A stretch of 64,000 nucleotides of DNA, taken from the NCBI GenBank assembly GCA_030390025.1, contig CM059432.1:29328001-29392000 (forward strand), written 5' to 3'. The translations under genes were made by a program, and so were the position numbers. Shown piece after piece: positions 1 to 15,452 of the stretch (its first letter is position 1; each line of letters opens with the position of its first letter). The DNA comes from Squalus acanthias (Eukaryota). The notes under the pieces were generated by a model. It did not search any database, had not been told where the DNA came from, and saw only the letters and a program-made list of their open reading frames with translations.

Positions 1-215
1 AATATCATCTCTCAATGTACAAAATATTATCACTCAATGTTCAAAATATCATCTTTAAATGGTCAAAATATCATCTCTTAATGTTCACAATATCATTTCT
101 AAATGTTGAAAATATCATCTCTCAATGTTAAAAATATCATCACTCAATATTCAAAACATCATCTCTCAAAGTTCACAACATCATCTCTCAATGTTCAAAA
201 TATCATCTCTCAATG

Positions 216-904
216 GGTATTGGTGAGACCGCACCTGGAGTACTGCATACAGTTTTGGTGTCCATACTTAAGAAAAGACATACTTGCTCTCGAGGCAGTA
301 CAAAGAAGGTTCACTCGGTTAATTCCGGGGATGAGGGAGTGGACATACGAGGAGAGATTGAGTAGATTGGGACTCTACTCATTGGAGTTCAGAAGAATGA
401 GAGGCGATCTTATTGAAACATATAAGATTGTGAAGGGGCTTGATCGGGTGGGCGTGGTGAGGATGTTCCCAATGATGGGTGAAACTAGAACTAGGGGACA
501 TAATCTTAGAATAAGGGGCTCCTCTTTCAAAACTGAGATGAGGAGAAACTTTTTCACTCAGAGGGTAGTGGGTCTGTGGAATTTGCTACCCCAGGAAGCT
601 GTGGAAGCTACTTCATTAAATAAATTTAAAACAGAAATAGACCGTTTCCTAGAAGTAAAGGGAATCAGGGGTTACGGGGAGCGGGCTGGAAATTGGACAT
701 GAGTTTGAGTTCGGATCGGTCAAGGCCCTGTGGGTGGTGGAGCGGGCCCAGGGACTGAGTGGCCTGGTCCTTCTCCTGCTTCTTGTGTTCTTTAGAGTTG
801 AGGTTGGACCAGATCAGCCATGATCTCATTGAATGGCGGAGCAGGCTCGAGGGGCCGATTGGTCTACTCCTGCTCCTATTTCTTATGTTCTTATGATCTT
901 ATGT
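216..904 (+). mobile_element. 5'-truncated CR1-clade LINE (ORF2 C-terminus, 3' UTR, TCTTATGT tail), copy 1
   Basis: Translation LVRPHLEYCIQFWCPYLRKDI...LERLGLYSLE-like (LSRLGLYSLEFRRMRGDLIETYK)...RTRGH...FFTQRVVGLWN is the typical CR1 ORF2 end; stop at 702. Octamer tail at 881-904. AATG on both sides (212-215, 905-908) is a candidate TSD. Confidence 0.93.
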
Positions 905-3900
905 AATGTTCAAAATATGATCTCTCAATGTTCAAAATAACATCTCTCAATGTTCAAAATATTGACTTTAAATGGTCAAAATATCAACCCTTAATGTTCA
1001 CAATATCATCTCTCAATGTTGAAAATATCATCTCTCAATGTTCAAAATATCACATCTCAATGTTCACAATATCATCTCTCAATGTTCAAAATATCATCTC
1101 TCAATTTTGAAAATATCATCTTTAAACGGTCAAAATATCATCTCTTAATGTTCACAATATCATCTCTCAATGTTGAAAATATCATCTCTCAATGTTCAAA
1201 ATATAATCTCTCAATGTTCAAAATATCATAAATGTTCAAAATATCATCAATGTTAAAAATATCATCTTTAAAATTTCACAATATCATCTCTCAATGTTCA
1301 AAATATCATCAATCTTCAAAATGCCATCTCGCAAGGTTCAAAATATCATCAATGTACAAAATATCATCTGTCAATGTTCAAAATATCATCAATGATCAAA
1401 ATATCATCATTGTTCAAAATATCATCACTCTGTTCAAAATATCATCTCTCAATGTTCAAAACATCATCTCTCAAAGTTCACAATATCATCTCTCAATGTT
1501 CAAAATGTGATCTCTCTGTTCAAAATGTCATCTCTCAATGTTCAAAATATCATCTCTCAATGTTCAAAATATCATCACTCAATCTTCAAAATATCATCTC
1601 TCAATCTGTTAAAACTCTCATCTTTCAATCTGTTCAAAATCTCAGAACTCAATATTCAAAATAACATCACTCAATGTTCAAAATATCATCTCTCAATGTT
1701 CAAAATATCATCAATGAGGAAAATATCATCAATGTTCAAAATAACATCTCTCAATGTTCAAAATATCACCAATGTTCAAAATATCATCTATCAATGTTCA
1801 AAATGTCATCTCTCAATGTTCAAAATATCCTCAATGAGCAAATTATCATCGCTCAATGTTCACAATATCATCAATTTTCCAAATATCATATCTCAATGTT
1901 CAAAATATCATCAAAGTTCAAAATATCATCTCTCCATGTTCAAAATATCATCACTCAATGTTCACAATATCATCTCTCAATGTTCAAAATATCATCTCTT
2001 AATGTTCACATCATCACTCAATGTACAAAATATCATCTCTCAATGTTCAAAATATCATCTCTCAATGTTCAAAATATCAACTCTCAATGTTCAATATGTG
2101 ATCTCTCAATTTTCAAAATATCATCTCTCAATGTTCAAAATATCATCTGTCAATGTTCACAATATCATTTCTCAATGTTCAAAATATCATCAATGTTCAA
2201 AATATCATCACTCAATGTTCAAAATATCATTTCTCAATGTTCAAAATATCAGCAATGTTAAAAATATCATCACTCTGTTCAAAATATCATCTCTCAATGT
2301 TCAAAATATCATCTCTCAATGTTCAAAATATCATCTCTCAATGTTGAAAACATCATCTCTCAATGTTCAAAACATCATCTCTCAAAGTTCAAAATATCAT
2401 CTCTCAATGTACAAAATATCATCTCTCAATGTTAAAAATATCATCAATGTTCCAAATATCATCTCTCAATGTTCAAAATATCATCTCTTAATGTTCACAA
2501 TATAACTTCACAATATTGATAATATCATCTCTCAATGTTCAAAGTATCATCTCTCAATGTTCAAAATATCATCTCTCAATGTTCAAAATATCATCAATGT
2601 TCTAAATATCATCTCGCAATGTTCAAAATATCATCCATGTTCAAAATATCATCTCGCAATGTTTGAAATATCATATCTCAATGTTCACAATATCTTCTCT
2701 CAATGTTCAAAATATCATCAAAGTTCAAAATGCCATCTCCCAATGTTGAAAATATCAATGTTCAAAATGCCATCTTGCAATGTTCCAAATATCATCAATG
2801 TTCAAAATATTATCTCTCAATGTTCAAAATATCATCAATGTTCAAAATATCATATCTCAATGTTCAAAATATCAGCAATGTTCAAAATATCATCTCTCAA
2901 TGTTCAAAATGTGATCTCTCAATTTTCAAAATATCATCACTCAATGTTCAAAATATCATCTCTCAATTTTCAAAATATCATCTCTCAATGTTCAAAATAT
3001 TATCACTCAATGTTCAAAATATCATCTTTAAATGGTCAAAATATCATCTCTTAATGTATACAACATCATTTCTCAATGTTGAAAATATCATCTCTCAATG
3101 TTCAAAATATCATCTCTCAATGTTCAAAATATCATCTCTCAATGTTCAAAATATCATCTCTCAATGTTCAAAATATCATATCTCAATGTTCAAAATATCA
3201 TCTCTCAATGTTCAAAATATCAACTCTCAATGTTCAAAATGTGATCTCTCAATTTTCAAAATATCATCTCTCAATGTTCAAAATATCAACTCCTTAATGT
3301 TCACAATATCATCTCTCAATGTTGAAAATATCATCTCTGAATGTTCAAAATATCATCTCTCAATGTTCAAAAAATCATCAATGTTCAAAATATCATCTCA
3401 CAGTGTTCAAAATTTCATCTCTCAATGTACAAAATATTATCACTCAATGTTCAAAATATCATCTTTAAATGGTGAAAATATCATCTCTTAATGTTCACTA
3501 TCATTTCTCAATGCTGAAAATATCATCTCTCAATGTTCAAAATATCATCACTCAATGTTCAAAATATCATCTCTCAAAGTTCACAACATCATCTCTCAAT
3601 GTTCAAAATATCATCTCTCAATGTTCAAAATGTGATCTCTAAATCTTCACAATATCATCTCTCAATGTTGAAAATATCATCTTTAAATGTTCAAAATGTC
3701 ATCTCTTAATGTTCACAATATCATCTCTCAATGTTCCAAATATCATATCTCAATGTTCACAATATCTTCTCTCAATGTTCAAAATATCATCAATGTTCAA
3801 AATATCATCTCTCAGTGTTCAAAATAGCATAAATGTTCAAAATAACATCAATGTTAAAAATATCATCTTTCAATGTTCACAATATCATCTCTCAATGTTC

Positions 3901-6900
3901 AAAATATCATCAATGTTCAAAATGCCATCTCGCAAGGTTCAAAATATCATCAATGTACAAAATATCATCTGTCAATGTTCAAAATATCATCAATGTTCAA
4001 AATATCATCATTGTTCAAAATATCATCACTCTGTTCAAAATATCATCTCTCAATGTCCAAAACATCATCTCTCAATGTTCAAAACATCATCTCTCAAAGT
4101 TCACAATATCATCTCTCAATGTTCAAAATGTGATCTCTCAATGTTCAAAATATCATCTCTCAATGTTCAAAATATCATATCTCAATGTTCACAATATCAT
4201 CACTCAATGTTCAAAATATCATCTCTCAATCTGTTAAAACTCTCATCTTTCAATCTGTTCAAAATCTCAGCACTCAATATTCAAAATAACATCACTCAAT
4301 GTTCAAAATATCATCTCTCAATGTTCAAAATATCATCAATGTGGAAAATATCATCAATATTCAAAATAACATCTCTCAATGTTCAAAATATCATCAACGT
4401 TCAAAATATCATCTCTCAATATTCAAAATATCATCTCTCAATGTTCAAAATATCCTCAATGATCAAAATATCATCGCTCAATGTTCACAATATCATCAAT
4501 GTTGAAAATATCATCTCTCAATGTTCAAAATATCATCAAAGTTCAAAATATCATCTCTCAATGTTCAAAATATCATCTCTCAATGTTCAAAATATCAACT
4601 CTCAATGTTCAAAATATCATTTCTCAATGTTCAAAATATCAACTCCTTAATGTTCACAATATCATTTCTCAATGTTGAAAATATCAACTCTCAATGTTCA
4701 AAATGTGATCTCTCAATTTTCAAAATACCATCTCTCAATGTTCAAAATATCAACTCCTTAATGTTCACAATATCATTTCTCAATGTTGAAAATATCAACT
4801 CTCAATGTTCAAAATATCATCTCTCAATGTTCAAAATATCATCTTTCTATGTTCAAAATATCACTCAATGTTCAAAATATCATCAATGTGGAAAATATCA
4901 TCAATGTTCAAAATATCATCTCTCAATGTTCAAAATATCATCAACGTTCAAAATATCATCTCTCAATGTTCAAAATGTTATCTCTCAATGTTCAAAATAT
5001 CCTCAATGATCAAAATATCATCTCTCAATGTTCACAATATAATCAATTTGCAAAATATCATCTCTCAATGTTCAAAATATCATCTCTCAAAGTTCACAAT
5101 ATCATCTCTCAATGTTCAAAATGTGATCTCTCAATGTTCAAAATATCATCTCTCAATGTTCAAAATATCATCTCTCAATGTTCAAAATATCATCTCTCAA
5201 TGTTCAAAATATCATCTCTCAATGTTCAAAATATCATCTCTCAATGTTCACAATATCATCACTCAATGTTCAAAATATCATCTCTCAATCTGTTAAAACG
5301 CTCATCTTTCAATCTGTTCAAAATCTCAGCACTCAATATTCAAAATAACATCACTCAATGTTCAAAATATCATCTCTCAATGTTCAAAATATCATCAATG
5401 TGGAAAATATCATCAATATTCAAAATATCATCTCTCAATGTTCAAAATATCATCAACGTTCAAAATATCATCTCTCAATGTTCAAAATGTTATCTCTCAA
5501 TGTTCAAAATATCCTCAATGATCAAAATATCATCTCTCAATGTTCACAATATAATCAATTTGCAAAATATCATCTCTCAATGTTCAAAATATCATCTCTC
5601 AAAGTTCACAATATCATCTCTCAATGTTCAAAATGTGATCTCTCAATGTTCAAAATATCATCTCTCAATGTTCAAAATATCATCTCTCAATGTTCAAAAT
5701 ATCATCTCTCAATGTTCAAAATATCATCTCTCAATGTTCAAAATATCATCTCTCAATGTTCACAATATCATCACTCAATGTTCAAAATATCATCTCTCAA
5801 TCTGTTAAAACGCTCATCTTTCAATCTGTTCAAAATCTCAGCACTCAATATTCAAAATAACATCACTCAATGTTCAAAATATCATCTCTCAATGTTCAAA
5901 ATATCATCAATGTGGAAAATATCATCAATATTCAAAATAACATCTCTCAATGTTCAAAATATCATCAACGTTCAAAATATCATCTCTCAATGTTCAAAAT
6001 GTCATCTCTCAATGTTCAAAATATCCTCAATGATCAAAATATCATCGCTCAATGTTCACAATATCATCAATTTTCCAAATATCATCTCTCAATGTTCAAA
6101 ATATCATCAAAGTTCAAAATATCATCTCTCAATGTTCAAAATATCATCTCTCAATGTTCACAAATCATCTCGCAATGTTTAAAATATCATCTCTCAATGT
6201 TCAAAATATCATCACTCAATGTTCACAATATCATCACTCAATGTTCAATATATCATCAATGTTCAAAATATCATCACTCAATTTTCTAAAATATAATCTT
6301 TCAATGTTCAAAATATCATCTCTCAATGTTCAAATTATCATCTCTTAATGTTCACATCATCTCTCAATGTTCAAAATATCAACTCTCAATGTTCAAAATG
6401 TCAACTCCTTAATGTTCACAATATCATTTCTCAATGTTGAAAATATCATCTCTCAACGTTCAAAATATCATCTCTCAATGTTCAAAATATCATCTTTCAA
6501 TGTTCAAAATATCACTCAATGTTCAAAATATCATCTCTCAATCTGTTAAAAATAACATTACTCAATGTGGAAAATATCATCAATGTGGAAAATATCATCA
6601 ATGTTCAAAATATCATCTCTCAATGTTCAAAATATCATCAACGTTCAAAATATCATCTCTCAATGTTCAAAATGTTATCTCTCAATGTTCAAAATATCCT
6701 CAATGATCAAAATATCATCTCTCAATGTTCACAATATCATCAATTTGCAAAATATCATCTCTCAATGTTCAAAATATCATCAAAGTTCAAAATATCATCT
6801 CTCAATGTTCAAAACATCATCTCTCAAAGTTCACAATATCATCTCTCAATGTTCAAAATGTGATCTCTCAATGTTCAAAATATCATCTCTCAATGTTCAA

Positions 6901-9900
6901 AATATCATCTCTCAATGTTCAAAATATCATCTCTCAATGTTCAAAATATCATCTCTCAATGTTCAAAATATCATCTCTCAATGTTCAAAATATCATCACT
7001 CAATGTTCAAAATATCATCTCTCAATCTGTTAAAACTCTCATCTCTCAATCTGTTCAATATCTCAGCACTCAATATTCAAAATAACATCACTCAATGTTC
7101 AAAATATCATCAATGTGGAAAATATCATCAATATTCAAAATAACATCTCTCCATGTTCAAAATATCATCAACGTTCAAAATATCGTCTCTCAATGTTCAA
7201 AATGTCATCTCTCAATGTTCAAAATATCCTCAATGATCAAAATATCATCGCTCAATGTTCACAATATCATCAATTTTCCAAATATCATCTCTCAATGTTC
7301 AAAATATCATCAAAGTTCAAAATATCATCTCTCAATGTTCAAAATATCAACTCCTTAATGTTCACAATATCATCTCTCAATGTTGAAAATATCATCTCTG
7401 AATGTTCAAAATATCATCTCTCAATGTTCAAAAAATCATCAATGTTCAAAATATCATCTCACAGTGTTCAAAATTTCATCTCTCAATGTACAAAATATTA
7501 TCACTCAATGTTCAAAATATCATCTTTAAATGGTGAAAATATCATCTCTTAATGTTCACTATCATTTCTCAATGTTGAAAATATCATCTCTCAATGTTCA
7601 AAATATCATCACTCAATGTTAAAAATATCATCTCTCAAAGTTCACAACATCATCTCTCAATGTTCAAAATATCATCTCTCAATGTTCAAAATGTGATCTC
7701 TCAATCTTCACAATATCATCTCTCAATGTTGAAAATATCATCTTTAAATGTTCAAAATGTCATCTCTTAATGTTCACAATATCATCTCTCAATGTTCCAA
7801 ATATCATATCTCAATGTTCACAATATCTTCTCTCAATGTTCAAAATATCATCAATGTTCAAAATATCATCTCTCAGTGTTCAAAATAGCATAAATGTTCA
7901 AAATAACATCAATGTTAAAAATATCATCTTTCAATGTTCACAATATCATCTCTCAATGTTCAAAATATCATCAATGTTCAAAATGCCATCTCGCAAGGTT
8001 CAAAATATCATCAATGTACAAAATATCATCTGTCAATGTTCAAAATATCATCAATGTTCAAAATATCATCATTGTTCAAAATATCATCACTCTGTTCAAA
8101 ATATCATCTCTCAATGTCCAAAACATCATCTCTCAATGTTCAAAACATCATCTCTCAAAGTTCACAATATCATCTCTCAATGTTCAAAATGTGATCTCTC
8201 AATGTTCAAAATATCATCTCTCAATGTTCAAAATATCATATCTCAATGTTCACAATATCATCACTCAATGTTCAAAATATCATCTCTCAATCTGTTAAAA
8301 CTCTCATCTTTCAATCTGTTCAAAATCTCAGCACTCAATATTCAAAATAACATCACTCAATGTTCAAAATATCATCTCTCAATGTTCAAAATATCATCAA
8401 TGTGGAAAATATCATCAATATTCAAAATAACATCTCTCAATGTTCAAAATATCATCAACGTTCAAAATATCATCTCTCAATATTCAAAATATCATCTCTC
8501 AATGTTCAAAATATCCTCAATGATCAAAATATCATCGCTCAATGTTCACAATATCATCAATGTTGAAAATATCATCTCTCAATGTTCAAAATATCATCAA
8601 AGTTCAAAATATCATCTCTCAATGTTCAAAATATCATCTCTCAATGTTCAAAATATCAACTCTCAATGTTCAAAATATCATTTCTCAATGTTCAAAATAT
8701 CAACTCCTTAATGTTCACAATATCATTTCTCAATGTTGAAAATATCAACTCTCAATGTTCAAAATGTGATCTCTCAATTTTCAAAATACCATCTCTCAAT
8801 GTTCAAAATATCAACTCCTTAATGTTCACAATATCATTTCTCAATGTTGAAAATATCAACTCTCAATGTTCAAAATATCATCTCTCAATGTTCAAAATAT
8901 CATCTTTCTATGTTCAAAATATCACTCAATGTTCAAAATATCATCAATGTGGAAAATATCATCAATGTTCAAAATATCATCTCTCAATGTTCAAAATATC
9001 ATCAACGTTCAAAATATCATCTCTCAATGTTCAAAATGTTATCTCTCAATGTTCAAAATATCCTCAATGATCAAAATATCATCTCTCAATGTTCACAATA
9101 TAATCAATTTGCAAAATATCATCTCTCAATGTTCAAAATATCATCTCTCAAAGTTCACAATATCATCTCTCAATGTTCAAAATGTGATCTCTCAATGTTC
9201 AAAATATCATCTCTCAATGTTCAAAATATCATCTCTCAATGTTCAAAATATCATCTCTCAATGTTCAAAATATCATCTCTCAATGTTCAAAATATCATCT
9301 CTCAATGTTCACAATATCATCACTCAATGTTCAAAATATCATCTCTCAATCTGTTAAAACGCTCATCTTTCAATCTGTTCAAAATCTCAGCACTCAATAT
9401 TCAAAATAACATCACTCAATGTTCAAAATATCATCTCTCAATGTTCAAAATATCATCAATGTGGAAAATATCATCAATATTCAAAATAACATCTCTCAAT
9501 GTTCAAAATATCATCAACGTTCAAAATATCATCTCTCAATGTTCAAAATGTCATCTCTCAATGTTCAAAATATCCTCAATGATCAAAATATCATCGCTCA
9601 ATGTTCACAATATCATCAATTTTCCAAATATCATCTCTCAATGTTCAAAATATCATCAAAGTTCAAAATATCATCTCTCAATGTTCAAAATATCATCTCT
9701 CAATGTTCACAAATCATCTCGCAATGTTTAAAATATCATCTCTCAATGTTCAAAATATCATCACTCAATGTTCACAATATCATCACTCAATGTTCAATAT
9801 ATCATCAATGTTCAAAATATCATCACTCAATTTTCTAAAATATAATCTTTCAATGTTCAAAATATCATCTCTCAATGTTCAAATTATCATCTCTTAATGT

Positions 9901-12900
9901 TCACATCATCTCTCAATGTTCAAAATATCAACTCTCAATGTTCAAAATGTGATCTCTCAATTTTCAAAATATCATCTCTCAATGTTCAAAATATCAACTC
10001 CTTAATGTTCACAATATCATTTCTCAATGTTGAAAATATCATCTCTCAACGTTCAAAATATCATCTCTCAATGTTCAAAATATCATCTTTCAATGTTCAA
10101 AATATCACTCAATGTTCAAAATATCATCTCTCAATCTGTTAAAAATAACATTACTCAATGTGGAAAATATCATCAATGTTCAAAATATCATCTCTCAATG
10201 TTCAAAATATCATCAACGTTCAAAATATCATCTCTCAATGTTCAAAATGTTATCTCTCAATGTTCAAAATATCCTCAATGATCAAAATATCATCTCTCAA
10301 TGTTCACAATATCATCAATTTGCAAAATATCATCTCTCAATGTTCAAAATATCATCAAAGTTCAAAATATCATCTGTCAATGTTCAAAACATCATCTCTC
10401 AAAGTTCACAATATCATCTCTCAATGTTCAAAATGTGATCTCTCAATGTTCAAAATATCATCTCTCAATGTTCAAAATATCATCTCTCAATGTTCAAAAT
10501 ATCATCTCTCAATGTTCAAAATATCATCTCTCAATGTTCAAAATATCATCTCTCAATGTTCAAAATATCATCACTCAATGTTCAAAATATCATCTCTCAA
10601 TCTGTTAAAACTCTCATCTCTCAATCTGTTCAATATTTCAGCACTCAATATTCAAAATAACATCACTCAATGTTCAAAATATCATCAATGTGGAAAATAT
10701 CATCAATATTCAAAATAACATCTCTCCATGTTCAAAATATCATCAACGTTCAAAATATCGTCTCTCAATGTTCAAAATGTCATCTCTCAATGTTCAAAAT
10801 ATCCTCAATGATCAAAATATCATCGCTCAATGTTCACAATATCATCAATTTTCCAAATATCATCTCTCAATGTTCAAAATATCATCAAAGTTCAAAATAT
10901 CATCTCTCAATGTTCAAAATATCAACTCTCAAGGTTCACAAATCATCTCGCAATGTTTAAAATATCATCTTTCAATGTTCAAAATATCATCACTCAATGT
11001 TCACAATATCATCACTCAATGTTCAATATATCATCAATGTTCAAAATATCATCACTCAATGTTCTAAAATATCATCTTTCAATGTTCAAAATATCATCTC
11101 TCAATGTTCAAATTATCATCTCTTAATGTTCACATCATCTCTCAATGTTCAAAATATCATCTCTCAATGTTCAAAATATCAACTCTCAATGTTCAAAATG
11201 TGATCTCTCAATTTTCAAAATATCATCTCTCAATGTTCAAAATATTAACTCCTTAATGTTCACAATATCATTTCTCAATGTTGAAAATATCATCTCTCAA
11301 CGTTCAAAATATCATCTCTCAATGTTCAAAATATCATCTTTCAATGTTCAAAATATCATCTCTCAATGTTCAAAATATCATCTCTCAATGTTCAAAATAT
11401 CAACTCTCAATGTTCAAAATGTGATCTCTCAATTTTCAAAATATCATCTCTCAATGTTCAAAATATCAACTCCTTAATGTTCACAATATCATTTCTCAAT
11501 GTTGAAAATATCATCTCTCAACGTTCAAAATATCATCTCTCAATGTTCAAAATATCATCTTTCAATGTTCAAAATATCACTCAATGTTCAAAATATCATC
11601 TCTCAATCTGTTAAAAATAACATTACTCAATGTTCAAAATATCATCAATGTGGAAAATATCATCAATGTTCAAAATATCATCTCTCAATGTTCAAAATAT
11701 CATCAACGTTCAAAATATCATCTCTCAATGTTCAAAATGTTATCTCTCAATGTTCAAAATATCCTCAATGATCAAAATATCATCTCTCAATGTTCACAAT
11801 ATCACTCAATTTGCAAAATATCATCTCTCAATGTTCAAAATATCATCTCTCAATGTTCAAAATATCATCTCTCAATGTTCAAAATATCATCAATTTGCAA
11901 AATATCATCTCTCAATGTTCAAAATATCATCAAAGTTCAAAATATCATCTCTCAATGTTCAAAATATCATCTCTCAATGTTCACAATATCATCAATGTTC
12001 AAAATATCGCTCAATGATCAAAATATCAGCTCTCAACGTTCAAAATATCATCAATGTTCAAAATATCATCTCTCAGTGTTCAAAATATCATCTCTCAATG
12101 TACAAAATATCATCTCTCAATGTTCACAATATCATCAATGTTCAAAATAACGCTCAATGATCAAAATATCAGCTCTCAATGTTCAAAATATCATCAATGT
12201 TCAAAATATCATCTCTCAGTGTTCAAAATATCATCTCTCAATCTGTTAAAAATAACATTACTCAATGTTCAAAATATCATCAATGTGGAAAATATCATCA
12301 ATGTTCAAAATATCATCTCTCAATGTTCAAAATATCATCAACGTTCAAAATATCATCTCTCAATGTTCAAAATGTTATCTCTCAATGTTCAAAATATCCT
12401 CAATGATCAAAATATCATCTCTCAATGTTCACAATATCATCAATTTGCAAAATATCATCTCTCAATGTTCAAAATATCATCTCTCAATGTTCAAAATATC
12501 ATCTCTCAATGTTCAAAATATCATCAATTTGCAAAATATCATCTCTCAATGTTCAAAATATCATCAAAGTTCAAAATATCATCTCTCAATGTTCAAAATA
12601 TCATCTCTTAATGTTCACAATATCATCAATGTTCAAAATATCGCTCAATGATCAAAATATCAGCTCTCAATGTTCAAAATATCATCAATGTTCAAAATAT
12701 CATCTCTCAGTGTTCAAAATATCATCTCTCAATGTACAAAATATTATCACTCAATGTTCAAAATATCATCTTTAAATGGTCAAAATATCATCTCTTAATG
12801 TTCACAATATCATTTCTAAATGTTGAAAATATCATCTCTCAATGTTAAAAATATCATCACTCAATATTCAAAACATCATCTCTCAAAGTTCACAACATCA

Positions 12901-12932
12901 TCTCTCAATGTTTAAAATATCATCTCTCAATG

Positions 12933-13621
12933 GGTATTGGTGAGACCGCACCTGGAGTACTGCATACAGTTTTGGTGTCCATACTTAAGAAAAGACATAC
13001 TTGCTCTCGAGGCAGTACAAAGAAGGTTCACTCGGTTAATTCCGGGGATGAGGGAGTGGACATACGAGGAGAGATTGAGTAGATTGGGACTCTACTCATT
13101 GGAGTTCAGAAGAATGAGAGGCGATCTTATTGAAACATATAAGATTGTGAAGGGGCTTGATCGGGTGGGCGTGGTGAGGATGTTCCCAATGATGGGTGAA
13201 ACTAGAACTAGGGGACATAATCTTAGAATAAGGGGCTCCTCTTTCAAAACTGAGATGAGGAGAAACTTTTTCACTCAGAGGGTAGTGGGTCTGTGGAATT
13301 TGCTACCCCAGGAAGCTGTGGAAGCTACTTCATTAAATAAATTTAAAACAGAAATAGACCGTTTCCTAGAAGTAAAGGGAATCAGGGGTTACGGGGAGCG
13401 GGCTGGAAATTGGACATGAGTTTGAGTTCGGATCGGTCAAGGCCCTGTGGGTGGTGGAGCGGGCCCAGGGACTGAGTGGCCTGGTCCTTCTCCTGCTTCT
13501 TGTGTTCTTTAGAGTTGAGGTTGGACCAGATCAGCCATGATCTCATTGAATGGCGGAGCTGGCTCGAGGGGCCGATTGGTCTACTCCTGCTCCTATTTCT
13601 TATGTTCTTATGATCTTATGT
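12933..13621 (+). mobile_element. CR1 LINE 3' fragment, copy 2
   Basis: Same 689 bp, truncation point and flanks as copy 1 (offset 12717). One visible substitution at 13560. Confidence 0.93.
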
Positions 13622-15452
13622 AATGTTCAAAATATGATCTCTCAATGTTCAAAATAACATCTCTCAATGTTGAAAATATCGACTTTAAATGGTCAAAATA
13701 TCAACCCTTAATGTTCACAATATCATCTCTCAATGTTGAAAATATCATCTCTCAATGTTCAAAATATCACATCTCAATGTTCACAATATCATCTCTCAAT
13801 GTTCAAAATATCATCTCTCAATTTTGAAAATATCATCTTTAAACGGTCAAAATATCATCTCTTAATGTTCACAATATCATCTCTCAATGTTGAAAATATC
13901 ATCTCTCAATGTTCAAAATATCATCTCTCAATGTTCAAAATATCATAAATGTTCAAAATATCATCAATGTTAAAAATATCATCTTTAAAATTTCACAATA
14001 TCATCTCTCAATGTTCAAAATATCATCAATCTTCAAAATGCCATCTCGCAAGGTTCAAAATATCATCAATGTACAAAATATCATCTGTCAATGTTCAAAA
14101 TATCATCAATGATCAAAATATCATCATTGTTCAAAATATCATCACTCTGTTCAAAATATCATCTCTCAATGTTCAAAACATCATCTCTCAAAGTTCACAA
14201 TATCATCTCTCAATGTTCAAAATGTGATCTCTCTGTTCAAAATGTCATCTCTCAATGTTCAAAATATCATCTCTCAATGTTCAAAATGTGATCTCTCAAT
14301 GTTCAAAATATCATATCTCAATGTTCACAATATCATCACTCAATGTTCAAAATATCATCACTCAATCTTCAAAATATCATCTCTCAATCTGTTAAAACTC
14401 TCATCTTTCAATCTGTTCAAAATCTCAGAACTCAATATTCAAAATAACATCACTCAATGTTCAAAATATCATCTCTCAATGTTCAAAATATCATCAATGA
14501 GGAAAATATCATCAATGTTCAAAATAACATCTCTCAATGTTCAAAATATCACCAATGTTCAAAATATCATCTATCAATGTTCAAAATGTCATCTCTCAAT
14601 GTTCAAAATATCCTCAATGAGCAAATTATCATCGCTCAATGTTCACAATATCATCAATTTTCCAAATATCATATCTCAATGTTCAAAATATCATCAAAGT
14701 TCAAAATATCATCTCTCCATGTTCAAAATATCATCACTCAATGTTCACAATATCATCTCTCAATGTTCAAAATATCATCTCTTAATGTTCACATCATCAC
14801 TCAATGTACAAAATATCATCTCTCAATGTTCAAAATATCATCTCTCAATGTTCAAAATATCAACTCTCAATGTTCAATATGTGATCTCTCAATTTTCAAA
14901 ATATCATCTCTCAATGTTCAAAATATCATCTGTCAATGTTCACAATATCATTTCTCAATGTTCAAAATATCATCAATGTTCAAAATATCATCACTCAATG
15001 TTCAAAATATCATTTCTCAATGTTCAAAATATCAGCAATGTTAAAAATATCATCACTCTGTTCAAAATATCATCTCTCAATGTTCAAAATATCATCTCTC
15101 AATGTTCAAAATATCATCTCTCAATGTTGAAAACATCATTTCTCAATGTTCAAAACATCATCTCTCAAAGTTCAAAATATCATCTCTCAATGTACAAAAT
15201 ATCATCTCTCAATGTTAAAAATATCATCAATGTTCCAAATATCATCTCTCAATGTACAAAATATTATCACTCAATGTTCAAAATATCATCTTTAAATGGT
15301 CAAAATATCATCTCTTAATGTTCACAATATCATTTCTAAATGTTGAAAATATCATCTCTCAATGTTAAAAATATCATCACTCAATATTCAAAACATCATC
15401 TCTCAAAGTTCACAACATCATCTCTCAATGTTCAAAATATCATCTCTCAATG

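Noticed and set aside
103..702. 199-aa satellite-CR1 fusion ORF (also 15340-15939)
   Set aside because: Chance in-frame join of stop-free satellite to a truncated LINE ORF2. The upstream part is broken in copy 2.
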